In this document: positions 38,703 to 47,345 of the stretch, in pieces
Position numbering within the stretch: position 1 is the stretch's first letter
Layout: every line of letters starts with the position of its first letter
Origin: an uncultured Chloroflexia bacterium
GTDB lineage: Bacteria > Chloroflexota > Dormibacteria > Aeolococcales > Aeolococcaceae
Assembly: GCA_963793875.1 (NCBI GenBank)
Contig: CAWCBS010000014.1
Location: 179,335-243,334, forward strand
Length of the DNA: 64,000 nucleotides
Reading direction: 5' to 3'
The notes under the pieces: generated by a model
What the model was told of the DNA's origin: nothing
Seen by the model: the letters and a program-made list of their open reading frames with translations, nothing else
Databases searched by the model: none
Translations under genes and position numbers: made by a program

Positions 38703-39470
38703 ATGCTCCGTCCACCCCCTCCCACCGCCATCCCCGCTCCGGCCCGCCCCGAGCTGCCCCGGCACATCGGCATCATCATGGACGGCAACGGCCGCTGGGC
38801 CCGGAAGCGCCACCTTCCCCGGGTGGCCGGGCATCGCGCCGGGGTCCGGGCCATCCGTCAGGTCATGGAGGCCTGCAACGACGCCGGCGTCCACATCCTC
38901 ACCCTCTACGCCTTCAGCACCGAGAACTGGCAGCGGCCGCGGGGTGAGGTGAGCTCCTTGATGCGGCTGTTCCAGGAGACCATGGACAGCGAGGTGGACG
39001 AGCTGGACGCCAAGGGGATCCAGCTGAGGATCATCGGGGACCGCGCCAAGCTGAGCTCCCGCCTCCGCCAGAAGGTGGACGAGTGCGAGGCACGCACCGC
39101 CCACAACCGGGCCAACGTGCTCAATGTGGCCATCAACTACGGGGGACGGAGCGAGCTGGTCGAGGCGATTCGCGAGCTGGCCTCGAACGGGGTCGACCTG
39201 CGCCAGCTCGACGAGGCGACGCTCTCCGCCGCCCTCTACACCTCCGGGCTGCCCGACCCCGACCTCATCATCCGCACCGCCGGGGAGCTCCGGGTCAGCA
39301 ACTTCCTGCTCTGGCAGGGCGCCTACGCCGAGCTCCACGTGACCGACACGCTGTGGCCGGACTTCGGGCCCGCCGACGTGGCCGCCGCCCTCGGGGACTT
39401 CGGCTCGCGGCGGCGGACCTTCGGCCAGGTGACCGACCCAGCCGCCGCCGCCGGCCTGCGGACCGGATGA
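38703..39470 (+). CDS. uppS: di-trans,poly-cis-undecaprenyl-diphosphate synthase
   Basis: PRHIGIIMDGNGRWA...LTLYAFSTENW.RP...IRTAGELRVSNFLLWQ.AYAEL. Confidence 0.95.
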   Translation: MLRPPPPTAIPAPARPELPRHIGIIMDGNGRWARKRHLPRVAGHRAGVRAIRQVMEACNDAGVHILTLYAFSTENWQRPRGEVSSLMRLFQETMDSEVDELDAKGIQLRIIGDRAKLSSRLRQKVDECEARTAHNRANVLNVAINYGGRSELVEAIRELASNGVDLRQLDEATLSAALYTSGLPDPDLIIRTAGELRVSNFLLWQGAYAELHVTDTLWPDFGPADVAAALGDFGSRRRTFGQVTDPAAAAGLRTG

Positions 39471-40523
39471 CCACCCCGCGGGCCCCGGGCGCGCCGGGCG
39501 CGATCGCGGCCGATGCCGGCGGCACCCCTGCGCCTGGCCCGGACGCCAGCGCGGCCGGGGCCGATCCCGCGGTGGCCGTCGGCGCACCCGCCCCGTCCGG
39601 TGGCTCCGGCGGACCGGCCGTCACCGGAGGCGCTCCCGCGCGGTCCGCCCCGGGATCGGCGCCGTCCACCGGCAGGGCGGCTTCCGGGCCCAGCCCGGCC
39701 CTGCCTCCGCGCCGGATGGACCTGCTGCCCCGGCTCCTCTCCAGCGCCGTGCTGATCTGCCTGGTGGCCTCGATGATCTGGATCGGGGGCGTGCCCCTCG
39801 ACATCCTGATCGGGGTGGCGGCGGCCCTGGCCGCCTGGGAGCTGGCCGCCCTGCTGGGCCGGCTGCCCGCCCCCGCGCCGCGCTGGCTGCTGATCGCCCT
39901 GGCGGTGTGGCTGGCCGAGCGGGCCGTCCTTCCGGGCGCGGGCGGCAACCTGGAGGTCATCCTGCCGATCGCCCTCGGCGCCGGGATGGTGGCCGGGGTG
40001 CTCTTCCACTCCCCCTGGGAGGGGTGGGCCGCCGGCCTCGGCGGGGGGCTCTACCTCGGCATCGGGCTGGGCAGCCTGCTCGGCCTCTACCACTGGTCGG
40101 GGGCCTCCGCCGGGGTGGGACTGCGCCTCGTCGCCATCGTGGTCGCGGCGGTGGTGGCCACCGACACCCTCGCCTACTTCACCGGCCACGCCCTGGGCCG
40201 CCACCCCTTCTTCCCGGCCATATCGCCCAAGAAGTCGGTCGAGGGGGCGGTGGGCGGGGTCGTCGGAGCGGTGCTGGTGGCCGGGATCGCCGGACCCCTG
40301 GTGATCTCGCTCAATCCGGTCGCGGCGGTGGGGATGGGGCTGCTCATCGCCGTCGTTGCCGAGGGTGGCGATCTCGCCGAGTCCGCCCTCAAGCGCCAGG
40401 CCGGAGTGAAGGAACTCGGGGCGGCTCATCCCCGGCCACGGAGGTCTGCTCGACCGCCTCGACGGCCTGCTGCTCGCCGGGCCCGCGGTGTACTGCCTGC
40501 TGGTGCTCATCGGCTTCCATTGA
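39467..40523 (+). pseudogene. cdsA: phosphatidate cytidylyltransferase CdsA; the frame is broken by one extra nucleotide near 40412-40421 as sequenced (probably an indel error rather than a dead gene)
   Basis: The first frame gives ...GDLAESALKRQAGVKE and then junk. The +1 frame gives (S)GRLIPGHGGLLDRLDGLLLAGPAVYCLLVLIGFH*, the canonical CdsA C-terminus, ending at 40523. Confidence 0.85.
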
Positions 40524-40629
40524 GCCGAGCGCGAGCCGGCCGGGCCGCCGGGGATCCGACCCGCCGCGGGAGCGGAACGCCGTGAGCGGTCGTAACGCTC
40601 GCGGCAGGAGCGCCATCCATACTTGGGCC

Positions 40630-41811
40630 ATGCCCCCTCGCCGAGTCATCCTTCTGGGTGCGACCGGGTCGATCGGCCGCCAAGCCGTCGACGTCATCTC
40701 ACGCTTCCCCGACCGCTTCGAGGTGGTGGGAGCCGTCGCCCGCCGCGACGCGGCCGGGCTTCGCGCCCTGGTCGAGCGCCTCGGGGTGGGCCGGGCGGCG
40801 CTGGTCGCCCCCGACCCGGACGCCGACGTTCCCGCCGGCTGGGGGGTCGGGCTGGAGGCGGCCTGCGAGATCGCCGCCCTGCCCGCCGACGTCGTCTGCG
40901 TGGCCATCACCGGGGCGGCGGCGCTCCGCCCCACCCTGGCCGCCCTGGACGCCGGGACCACCGTCGCCACCGCCACCAAGGAGGTCCTGGTGATGGCGGG
41001 TGAGGTGGTGCGGGCAAGGGCGCGCCGCTCGGGCAGCCGCATCCTCCCCATCGACAGCGAGCACTCCGCGCTCTGGCAGTGCCTGCGTGGCGAGGACCCG
41101 GCGAGCGTGACCCGTCTGATCCTCACCGCCAGCGGGGGCGCCTTCCGCGATCGCGACCCGGCGACCCTGGCCGACGCCACCCCCGAGGAGGCGCTCCGCC
41201 ATCCCACCTGGAACATGGGGCCGAAGGTCACGATCGACTGCGCCACCATGATGAACAAGGGGCTCGAGGTGATCGAGGCCCACTTCCTCTTCGAGATCGA
41301 CTACCCGCGCATCGACGTCCTGATCCACCCCAGCTCGGTCGTCCACTCCCTGGTGGAATTCCACGACGGTGCCACCAAGGCGCAGATCGGGGCCCCGGAC
41401 ATGCGGGTGCCCATCGCGCTCGCGCTCGCCGACGGCGAGCGCCTGCCCGGGGTGGCGGCGCCCGCCGACCTGGCGGCCCTCTCGCCGCTCCTCTTCGGGC
41501 CGGTCGACCCGCTGCGCTTCCCGGCGCTGGGGGTGGCCCGCCGGGCCGGGGAGCGGGGCGGCGTGGTCCCCGCGATCCTCAACGCCGCCAACGAGGTCTG
41601 CGTCGGTGCCTTCCTCCGCGGCGCCTGCCGGTTCGACCAGATCACGGACCTGGTCGGGGAGGCGGTGGAGGCGGCGCCGGCGGTGGCGGGGCCCTCCCTC
41701 GACGACGTCCTCGAGGCCGACGGCTGGGCGCGCAGCCGCGTCACCGCTGCGCTGGCGCTGCCCGCCGGAGCGGCCGTCGGCGGGCCAGGGGGCGGCGCCG
41801 GAGCGGGCTGA
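40630..41811 (+). CDS. dxr: 1-deoxy-D-xylulose-5-phosphate reductoisomerase
   Basis: RVILLGATGSIGRQAVDV...LPIDSEHSALWQCL...HPTWNMGPKVTIDCATMMNKGLEVIEA. Confidence 0.95.
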   Translation: MPPRRVILLGATGSIGRQAVDVISRFPDRFEVVGAVARRDAAGLRALVERLGVGRAALVAPDPDADVPAGWGVGLEAACEIAALPADVVCVAITGAAALRPTLAALDAGTTVATATKEVLVMAGEVVRARARRSGSRILPIDSEHSALWQCLRGEDPASVTRLILTASGGAFRDRDPATLADATPEEALRHPTWNMGPKVTIDCATMMNKGLEVIEAHFLFEIDYPRIDVLIHPSSVVHSLVEFHDGATKAQIGAPDMRVPIALALADGERLPGVAAPADLAALSPLLFGPVDPLRFPALGVARRAGERGGVVPAILNAANEVCVGAFLRGACRFDQITDLVGEAVEAAPAVAGPSLDDVLEADGWARSRVTAALALPAGAAVGGPGGGAGAG

Positions 41812-43082
41812 TGGGCGTCCTCATCACCATCGTCGCCTTCCTGGTCCTCATCACCATCGTGGTGGTGGTCCACGAGGGCGGCCACTACACCCTCGCCAAG
41901 CTCTCGGGGATCCGGGTCGACGAGTTCTTCGTGGGCTTCGGGCCGCGGGTGGTCAGCTTCCGGCGCGGGGACACTGAGTACGGGATCCGGGCGCTCCCGG
42001 TGGGGGGCTTCGTGCGCATGCCGGGGATGCTCGGCCTGGAGGGCGAGGCCGACGCCGGCGAGCGCAACTTCTACCGCGCCACCGTCCCCCGGCGGCTCGC
42101 CACGATCGCGGCCGGGGTGATCTTCAACCTCGTCTTCGGCGCCCTCTGCCTCACCGTGGTGGCGGCCCAGGCCTCTCCCTCCTACGTCCCGGCCGGGGAG
42201 CCGACCGCGCGGGCCGGACTGGTCAACGGCGACGTGATCCTCAGCATCGGCGGTTCGACCATCAGCTACGCGTCGCCCTCGGCCACCGACGCCGGCTTCT
42301 ACAGCGCCGTGCAGCGGAGCCAGGGGCGGCCGGTCACCGTGACCTACCAGGGCACCGACGGCGCAGATCACACCGCGACGGTCACCCCCGAGCTGGTCGT
42401 CTACGCCTACGCGCAGCCCAGCAGCTTCCCCAGCAACCTCTCCGGCTCACCGCTCGTCGTGACCTCGGTCAACGGCCAGGCGGTGGGGACCGGCGATCCC
42501 GCGGGCATCCTCGGCAATGGCGGCGCGGTGACCGTCAGCGGCTTCGTCGAGGGGGCCCACACCAACCATTTCGGGCCGGTGCAGATCACCGGGGTCGTCA
42601 ACGGGGACGGAAGCTCGTCCGCCCAGGCGGCGGCCGCCTGGCGGATCGGCTACGGCGCCCAGCTCCCCGGGGCCGGCCTCTTCCCGGCCCTGCGCGAGGG
42701 CTTCGGCGCGATCCCCGCCTATGCCGTCGCGCTGGGGCAGGTGATCGGTGAGCTCTTCGTTCACCCGGCCCAGGCGAGCCAGCAGTTCTCCGGCCCGGTG
42801 GGCATCGCCGCCGCCGCGGGCACCTCGGTGCAGCAGGGCTGGGTGCAGTACCTCAGCCTGATCGGCGTGATCAGCCTGGCGCTCGGCTTCTTCAACGTGC
42901 TGCCGATCCCCTTCCTGGACGGGGGCCGGCTGCTCTTCATCCTCATTGAGGCGGTCCGCCGGCGGCGCATCGACCCGATCCGCCAGGCCATCGCGATCGG
43001 GGTCAGCCTCGCCTTGATTATCCTGTTGGTGGTGCTGATCACGATCAATGACATCAATCACCTCTCCGGAGGCGTGCACTGA
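41811..43082 (+). CDS. rseP: RIP zinc metalloprotease RseP/RasP (M50 site-2 protease)
   Basis: VVVHEGGHYTLAK (HExxH), a PDZ-like segment GLVNGDVILSIGG, and C-terminal FNVLPIPFLDGG. Confidence 0.9.
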   Translation: MGVLITIVAFLVLITIVVVVHEGGHYTLAKLSGIRVDEFFVGFGPRVVSFRRGDTEYGIRALPVGGFVRMPGMLGLEGEADAGERNFYRATVPRRLATIAAGVIFNLVFGALCLTVVAAQASPSYVPAGEPTARAGLVNGDVILSIGGSTISYASPSATDAGFYSAVQRSQGRPVTVTYQGTDGADHTATVTPELVVYAYAQPSSFPSNLSGSPLVVTSVNGQAVGTGDPAGILGNGGAVTVSGFVEGAHTNHFGPVQITGVVNGDGSSSAQAAAAWRIGYGAQLPGAGLFPALREGFGAIPAYAVALGQVIGELFVHPAQASQQFSGPVGIAAAAGTSVQQGWVQYLSLIGVISLALGFFNVLPIPFLDGGRLLFILIEAVRRRRIDPIRQAIAIGVSLALIILLVVLITINDINHLSGGVH

Positions 43083-43083
43083 G

Positions 43084-44265
43084 ATGACCCCGCCCAACCG
43101 CCGCCGGACCGTCCCCATCAACGTCGGTGGCGTCGTGATCGGGGGCGCCGCCCCGGTCTCGGTCCAGACCATGACCAAGACCCAGACCGAGGACGTGCGC
43201 GCGACCCTGGCCCAGATCGAGCGGGCCGCGGCGGCCGGGGCCGACATCGTCAGGGTCACCTGCGACACCCCCGAGGCGGGTCGGGTCATGGGCGAGATCG
43301 TCCGCGGCTCCCCGGTCCCGATCGTCGCCGACGTCCACTACGACGCCCCCCGGGCCCTGGAAGCGCTGGAGGCGGGGGTTGCCTGCCTCCGGCTCAACCC
43401 CGGCAACATCACCAACTCGGCCAAGGTGGCCGACATCGCCCGCGAGGCGAGGGACCGCGACGTGCCGATGCGGATCGGGGTCAACGCCGGCAGCATCCCC
43501 GGCCGCAAGGGGCTGGAGCGCGGCCGCGGCGGCAGCGTGGAGGAGACCGCGGAGCTGATGGTGGAGGCCGCCCTCGGCCACATCCGGATCCTCGAGGAGC
43601 TGGACTTCCATCAGATCAAGGTGTCGCTCAAGGCGTCGGACGTCGCCACCAACCTGGCGGCCAACCGCAGGTTCGCCGCCCTGGGCAATCGCTACCCCCT
43701 CCACCTCGGGCTGACCGAGGCGGGCCCGGTCGACACCGGCAGCATCAAGAGCGCGATGGGCATCGGCATCCTCCTCGCCGAGGGAATCGGCGACACCATC
43801 CGGGTCTCCCTGGTCGGCGAGCCCGAGGAGGAGGTGAGGGTGGCCCGGCAGATCCTGGCCAACCTCGAGGACAAGCCGAGCGGTCCCAACCTGGTCGCCT
43901 GCCCCACCTGCGGTCGGCTCGAGATCGACATGTTCCCGATGGTCAAGCGGGTCGAGGAGGCGATGCAGGGCATCCGCCGGACCCTCACCGTCTCGGTGAT
44001 GGGCTGCGTGGTCAACGGTCCCGGCGAGGGGATGCACGCCGACATCGGGATCGCCGGGGGCAAGCACAAGGGGGCGCTGTTCAAGAGCGGCAGGGTGGTG
44101 GCGTCGCTCCCCGAGGCCGAGCTGATCGACACCCTGATCGCCGAACTGCGGGCGGTCGCCGCCGAAGATGCCGAGCTGCTGGCCGCCGGCCAGCCGCTCC
44201 CGGTCGGGCTGGGCGACCTCGCCGAGGCCCCGCCCCGGGCGCTCACCCGGCTGACCGTCGTCTGA
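43084..44265 (+). CDS. ispG: 4-hydroxy-3-methylbut-2-en-1-yl diphosphate synthase
   Basis: VPINVGGVVIGGAAPVSVQTMT...RLNPGNI...MRIGVNAGS...CPTCGR...MGCVVNGPGE. Confidence 0.95.
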   Translation: MTPPNRRRTVPINVGGVVIGGAAPVSVQTMTKTQTEDVRATLAQIERAAAAGADIVRVTCDTPEAGRVMGEIVRGSPVPIVADVHYDAPRALEALEAGVACLRLNPGNITNSAKVADIAREARDRDVPMRIGVNAGSIPGRKGLERGRGGSVEETAELMVEAALGHIRILEELDFHQIKVSLKASDVATNLAANRRFAALGNRYPLHLGLTEAGPVDTGSIKSAMGIGILLAEGIGDTIRVSLVGEPEEEVRVARQILANLEDKPSGPNLVACPTCGRLEIDMFPMVKRVEEAMQGIRRTLTVSVMGCVVNGPGEGMHADIGIAGGKHKGALFKSGRVVASLPEAELIDTLIAELRAVAAEDAELLAAGQPLPVGLGDLAEAPPRALTRLTVV

Positions 44266-44442
44266 CGGCTGCCGCCGCAGCGGCGCCGCGGGAGTGATGC
44301 CGCGCTCCGGCCCGGCGATCGCCAGGCAGTGACCGGCCTGCCGCGCCATCTGCGGGGCGGCATGGCAGGCTGCCGCCTCCGCAAGGCCTTGGCTCCGCGT
44401 CCACCCCAGGCTCTCCTCTCCGGACCCGGCACCGTCACCCGG

Positions 44443-44448
44443 TAAACT
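44443..44448 (+). promoter_or_regulatory. -10-like hexamer TAAACT exactly 8 nt upstream of the proS ATG (leaderless-type promoter)
   Basis: Seen in the sequence. There is no room for an SD. Confidence 0.35.
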
Positions 44449-44456
44449 CGGCGGCC

Positions 44457-45914
44457 ATGGCCGACGAGCGCCCCCCGATGCCGAAGGCGATCACCCGCAA
44501 GAGCGAGGACTTCGACCGCTGGTACACCGACACGGTGCGGAGGGCGGAGCTCGCCGATTACGCGCCGGTGCGCGGCTGCATGGTCATCCGCCCCTACGGC
44601 TACGCGCTCTGGGAGCGGATCCAGCGGGCGCTCGACGACATGATCAAGCGGACCGGCCACGAGAACATGTACTTCCCGCTGCTGATCCCGGAGTCCTTCC
44701 TGCAGAAGGAGGCCCAGCACGTCGAGGGCTTCGCTCCCGAGGTGGCCTGGGTGACCCATGCGGGGCAGCGGGAGCTGGAGGAGCGGCTGGCGATCCGGCC
44801 CACCAGCGAGACCATCATCTGCTCGATGTTCGCGGACTGGATCCACAGCTACCGCGACCTGCCGGTGCTGATCAACCAGTGGTGCAACATCCTGCGCTGG
44901 GAGCGGCGCACCCGCCTCTTCCTGCGGACTACCGAGTTCCTCTGGCAGGAGGGCCACACCTTCCACGAGAGCCGCGCCGAGGCGGTCGAGGAGGTGGACC
45001 GGATGCTCGACTGCTACCGGGAGCTGGCCGAGGACTGGCTCTGCATCCCGGTGGTGCCGGGCCGCAAGACGGAGTCCGAGAAGTTCGCGGGCGCCGAGTA
45101 CACGGTCTCCATCGAGGCCATGATGAGCGACGGCTGGGCGCTCCAGGCGGGGACCTCCCACCAGCTCGGGCAGAACTTCACCCGCGCCTACGGGATCAGC
45201 TACAGCGACCGCGAGAACGCGCTCCAGCATCCCTTCCAGACGTCGTGGGGACTGTCGACCCGGATCATCGGCGGCCTGATCATGGCCCACGGGGACGACT
45301 CCGGCCTGGTCATGCCGCCGCGCGTGGCCCCGGTCCAGGTCGTGGTCGTGCCGGTGACCCGGAGCAACGACGCCGAGGGGGCGGCCGCGGTTGAGGCGGC
45401 CTGCGCGCGGATCGAGGCCGGAGCCGGCGAGGTGCGCCTCCGGGTGGATCGCCGGGAGGGCGTCCGGCCGGGCGAGAAGTACGCCCACTGGGAGCTGCGC
45501 GGGGTGCCGCTGCGGGTGACGGTCGGTGCCCGCGACCTCGCCGCGGGCGCGGTGACCCTGACCCGGCGGGTGGACGGCGAGAGCTGGACCGAGCCGCTCG
45601 AGGGGGTGGCCGGTCGCCTGCCCGCCCTGCTCGAGGAGGCCCATGCCCGCACCCGGGCCCGGGCCGACGCCATGCTGCGCGAGCGGACCGTCGAGGTTTC
45701 CAGCCTCGAGGAGCTCGGCCAGGCCTTCGCCGGGGAGCCGGTTTTCGCCAACGCCCCTTTCTGCGAGCGCGCCGAGTGCGAGGAGGCGGTCAAGGCCGCC
45801 GCCCACGCGCTCACGGTTCGGGCGCTGCGCCGCGACCGCAGCGGCGAGCCGGGGCGCTGCCTGGCGTGCGGCCAGCCGTCGTCCGAGGTGGCGCTGATCG
45901 CCCGCGCGTACTGA
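44457..45914 (+). CDS. proS: proline--tRNA ligase (archaeal/eukaryote-like type without the INS domain)
   Basis: FDRWYTDTVRRAELADYAPVRGCMVIRPYGYALWE...AIRPTSET...LINQWCNILRWE...RTTEFLWQEGHT. Confidence 0.95.
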   Translation: MADERPPMPKAITRKSEDFDRWYTDTVRRAELADYAPVRGCMVIRPYGYALWERIQRALDDMIKRTGHENMYFPLLIPESFLQKEAQHVEGFAPEVAWVTHAGQRELEERLAIRPTSETIICSMFADWIHSYRDLPVLINQWCNILRWERRTRLFLRTTEFLWQEGHTFHESRAEAVEEVDRMLDCYRELAEDWLCIPVVPGRKTESEKFAGAEYTVSIEAMMSDGWALQAGTSHQLGQNFTRAYGISYSDRENALQHPFQTSWGLSTRIIGGLIMAHGDDSGLVMPPRVAPVQVVVVPVTRSNDAEGAAAVEAACARIEAGAGEVRLRVDRREGVRPGEKYAHWELRGVPLRVTVGARDLAAGAVTLTRRVDGESWTEPLEGVAGRLPALLEEAHARTRARADAMLRERTVEVSSLEELGQAFAGEPVFANAPFCERAECEEAVKAAAHALTVRALRRDRSGEPGRCLACGQPSSEVALIARAY

Positions 45915-45979
45915 GGCGACGGGGTGAGAGGAGAGCCGCCCGGCTGAGCACCTGTCAGCACAGGCCGCGACCACCCGAT

Positions 45980-47233
45980 TCAGCCGGTCGCGGCCGCCGT
46001 CGAGTAGATGGTGAGCGAGGCCGCGAAGGCGGCGAAGCCGGGCGGTGGGTTCTGGGCCGATTCGACGCCCGCACCGTAGAAGGCGTGCCCGGCCAGGATG
46101 CACCGGTAGTCGATGTAGACGCCGCTGGTCGAGATCAGCACGTCGACGTCCGGGTAGCCGTCCGCGGTGCCGGCGGTCTGGGAGACGACGGTGGCCTTGA
46201 GCGCTGACACCATGCTTGCGACCCCGGTCTGGAGGCCGAGCTGGGGATCGGAGACGTTGACGCTCGCCGGATACGGCATGTCGATCACCAGGTACTGGTC
46301 CCCGCTCGAGGGGTCGACCGCAATCCAGCCGGTGTAGTTGAGGGTCGCGCCGTCCACCGGCTCCGACTGGACGGTGGACTGGGGGGTCGCCGGGAAGGCC
46401 GCCGAGAAGTCGTGGCCCGGATCGGTGAAGGTCACCGTGGTGGTCGCGGTCGGCGTTGGCGTCGGGGTGGCCGTGGGGGTGGGCCGGCCCGAGGCGCTCG
46501 GCGCCGGCGCCGGGGTGCCGGTGCGATGGGTGAGGGCGTAATAGCCGCCGCCGGCGATCACCACCAGCGCGATCAGCGCCAGCAGGGTGGTCCGGAACGC
46601 CGACCGGGGCCGGCCCGAGGCCGGTGTTCCGCCCGGAGCGGGGAGCGGGGGCGGCTGCGGGGGCTCGGGGATGCCCAAGCCGGCGGATCCCCCGGCCGCG
46701 GGCGGACCGGCGACGGAGGGCGGCGGCCAGCCGCCGGCCTGCGCTGGGGAGGGCACCGGCCGGCCGCCTGCCGGCATGGGTCCGGGGCTCGCCCAGGTCG
46801 CCGGGTCCGAGAAGGCCCGGGCCGGGCCCCCGGCGGGCTGGCTCGGAGTGGGGGAAGGGTTGGAGACCCGAGGGCCCCAGGCTGGCGCCGGGCCGGTCGG
46901 GGGGATCGGCACAGGCCCCGGTGGCGCCGGCCAGGCGGGGCCGGGGGCCGGCGCTTGGGGCGCCCACGGCTGAGCCGGGGGCCGCTCCTGCCAGCCGGCG
47001 GACGCGGGGGGGGACGGGGCCGCGGGAGCCGGTGATGTCCAGGGCGCTGCCGGCGACGGTGGGTTCGCGACCTGAGGTGGGGGCGTCCAGGCCGGGGTCG
47101 ACGGCGCCGCGGCGGGGAGCACCCGCCGCCACCGCTGGCCGTCCCACCAGAAGCGGCGATCGGCGCTGAGCGGGGCACCAGGAGGGGGTCCGGGCGGTTG
47201 CTGGCCGTAGCCTTCACCCGCGTTGTTGGTCAT
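45980..47233 (-). CDS. proline-rich single-pass membrane protein with an N-terminal LSADRRFWWDGQRW motif and an unknown extracytoplasmic domain
   Basis: 417-aa ORF. About 190 aa of Pro-rich region, then TM TTLLALIALVVIAGGGYYAL, a TPTP linker, and a globular C-terminus. Confidence 0.7.
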   Translation of the reverse strand: MTNNAGEGYGQQPPGPPPGAPLSADRRFWWDGQRWRRVLPAAAPSTPAWTPPPQVANPPSPAAPWTSPAPAAPSPPASAGWQERPPAQPWAPQAPAPGPAWPAPPGPVPIPPTGPAPAWGPRVSNPSPTPSQPAGGPARAFSDPATWASPGPMPAGGRPVPSPAQAGGWPPPSVAGPPAAGGSAGLGIPEPPQPPPLPAPGGTPASGRPRSAFRTTLLALIALVVIAGGGYYALTHRTGTPAPAPSASGRPTPTATPTPTPTATTTVTFTDPGHDFSAAFPATPQSTVQSEPVDGATLNYTGWIAVDPSSGDQYLVIDMPYPASVNVSDPQLGLQTGVASMVSALKATVVSQTAGTADGYPDVDVLISTSGVYIDYRCILAGHAFYGAGVESAQNPPPGFAAFAASLTIYSTAAATG

Positions 47234-47242
47234 GCCAGCGGA

Positions 47243-47248
47243 AGCATA
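47243..47248 (-). promoter_or_regulatory. -10-like TATGCT 9 nt upstream of the ATG at 47233
   Basis: Seen in the sequence (the plus strand reads agcata). Confidence 0.25.
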
Positions 47249-47345
47249 TCCGGCTCACCACCATGGCGCGGTGACGGACGCGACCCGATGGTGGATTGCG
47301 ACCCCAGGCGGCTCGGTGCGAGCCCTGAGGGGGGCCGCTGCGGCG

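Noticed and set aside
40618-40623. CATACT 6 nt upstream of the dxr ATG as another leaderless promoter
   Set aside because: It does not fit the TAnnnT pattern and spacing seen at the other genes. dxr may simply be co-transcribed with cdsA. It is left uncalled.
39907-40629. 5' extension of the dxr ORF (ORF 39907..41811) and similar extensions of the tsf, frr, hslU, rseP and alaS ORFs
   Set aside because: The extensions overlap the preceding conserved genes in another frame and read as Arg/Pro/Gly junk. The conserved N-termini begin at internal starts that overlap the upstream stop codons.
44266-44456. T-box leaders upstream of proS (also hisS 54456..54613 and alaS 58682..58802)
   Set aside because: No T-box sequence (AAnnnGGGTGGTACCGCG-like), specifier-loop or antiterminator arrangement is present. 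The spacers are short, and -10 hexamers sit right at the start codons of proS and hisS.
43692-47147. 1151-aa ORF on the minus strand spanning ispG, proS and the next gene
   Set aside because: It overlaps three independently supported genes on both strands and has no recognisable motifs. It is a shadow ORF.
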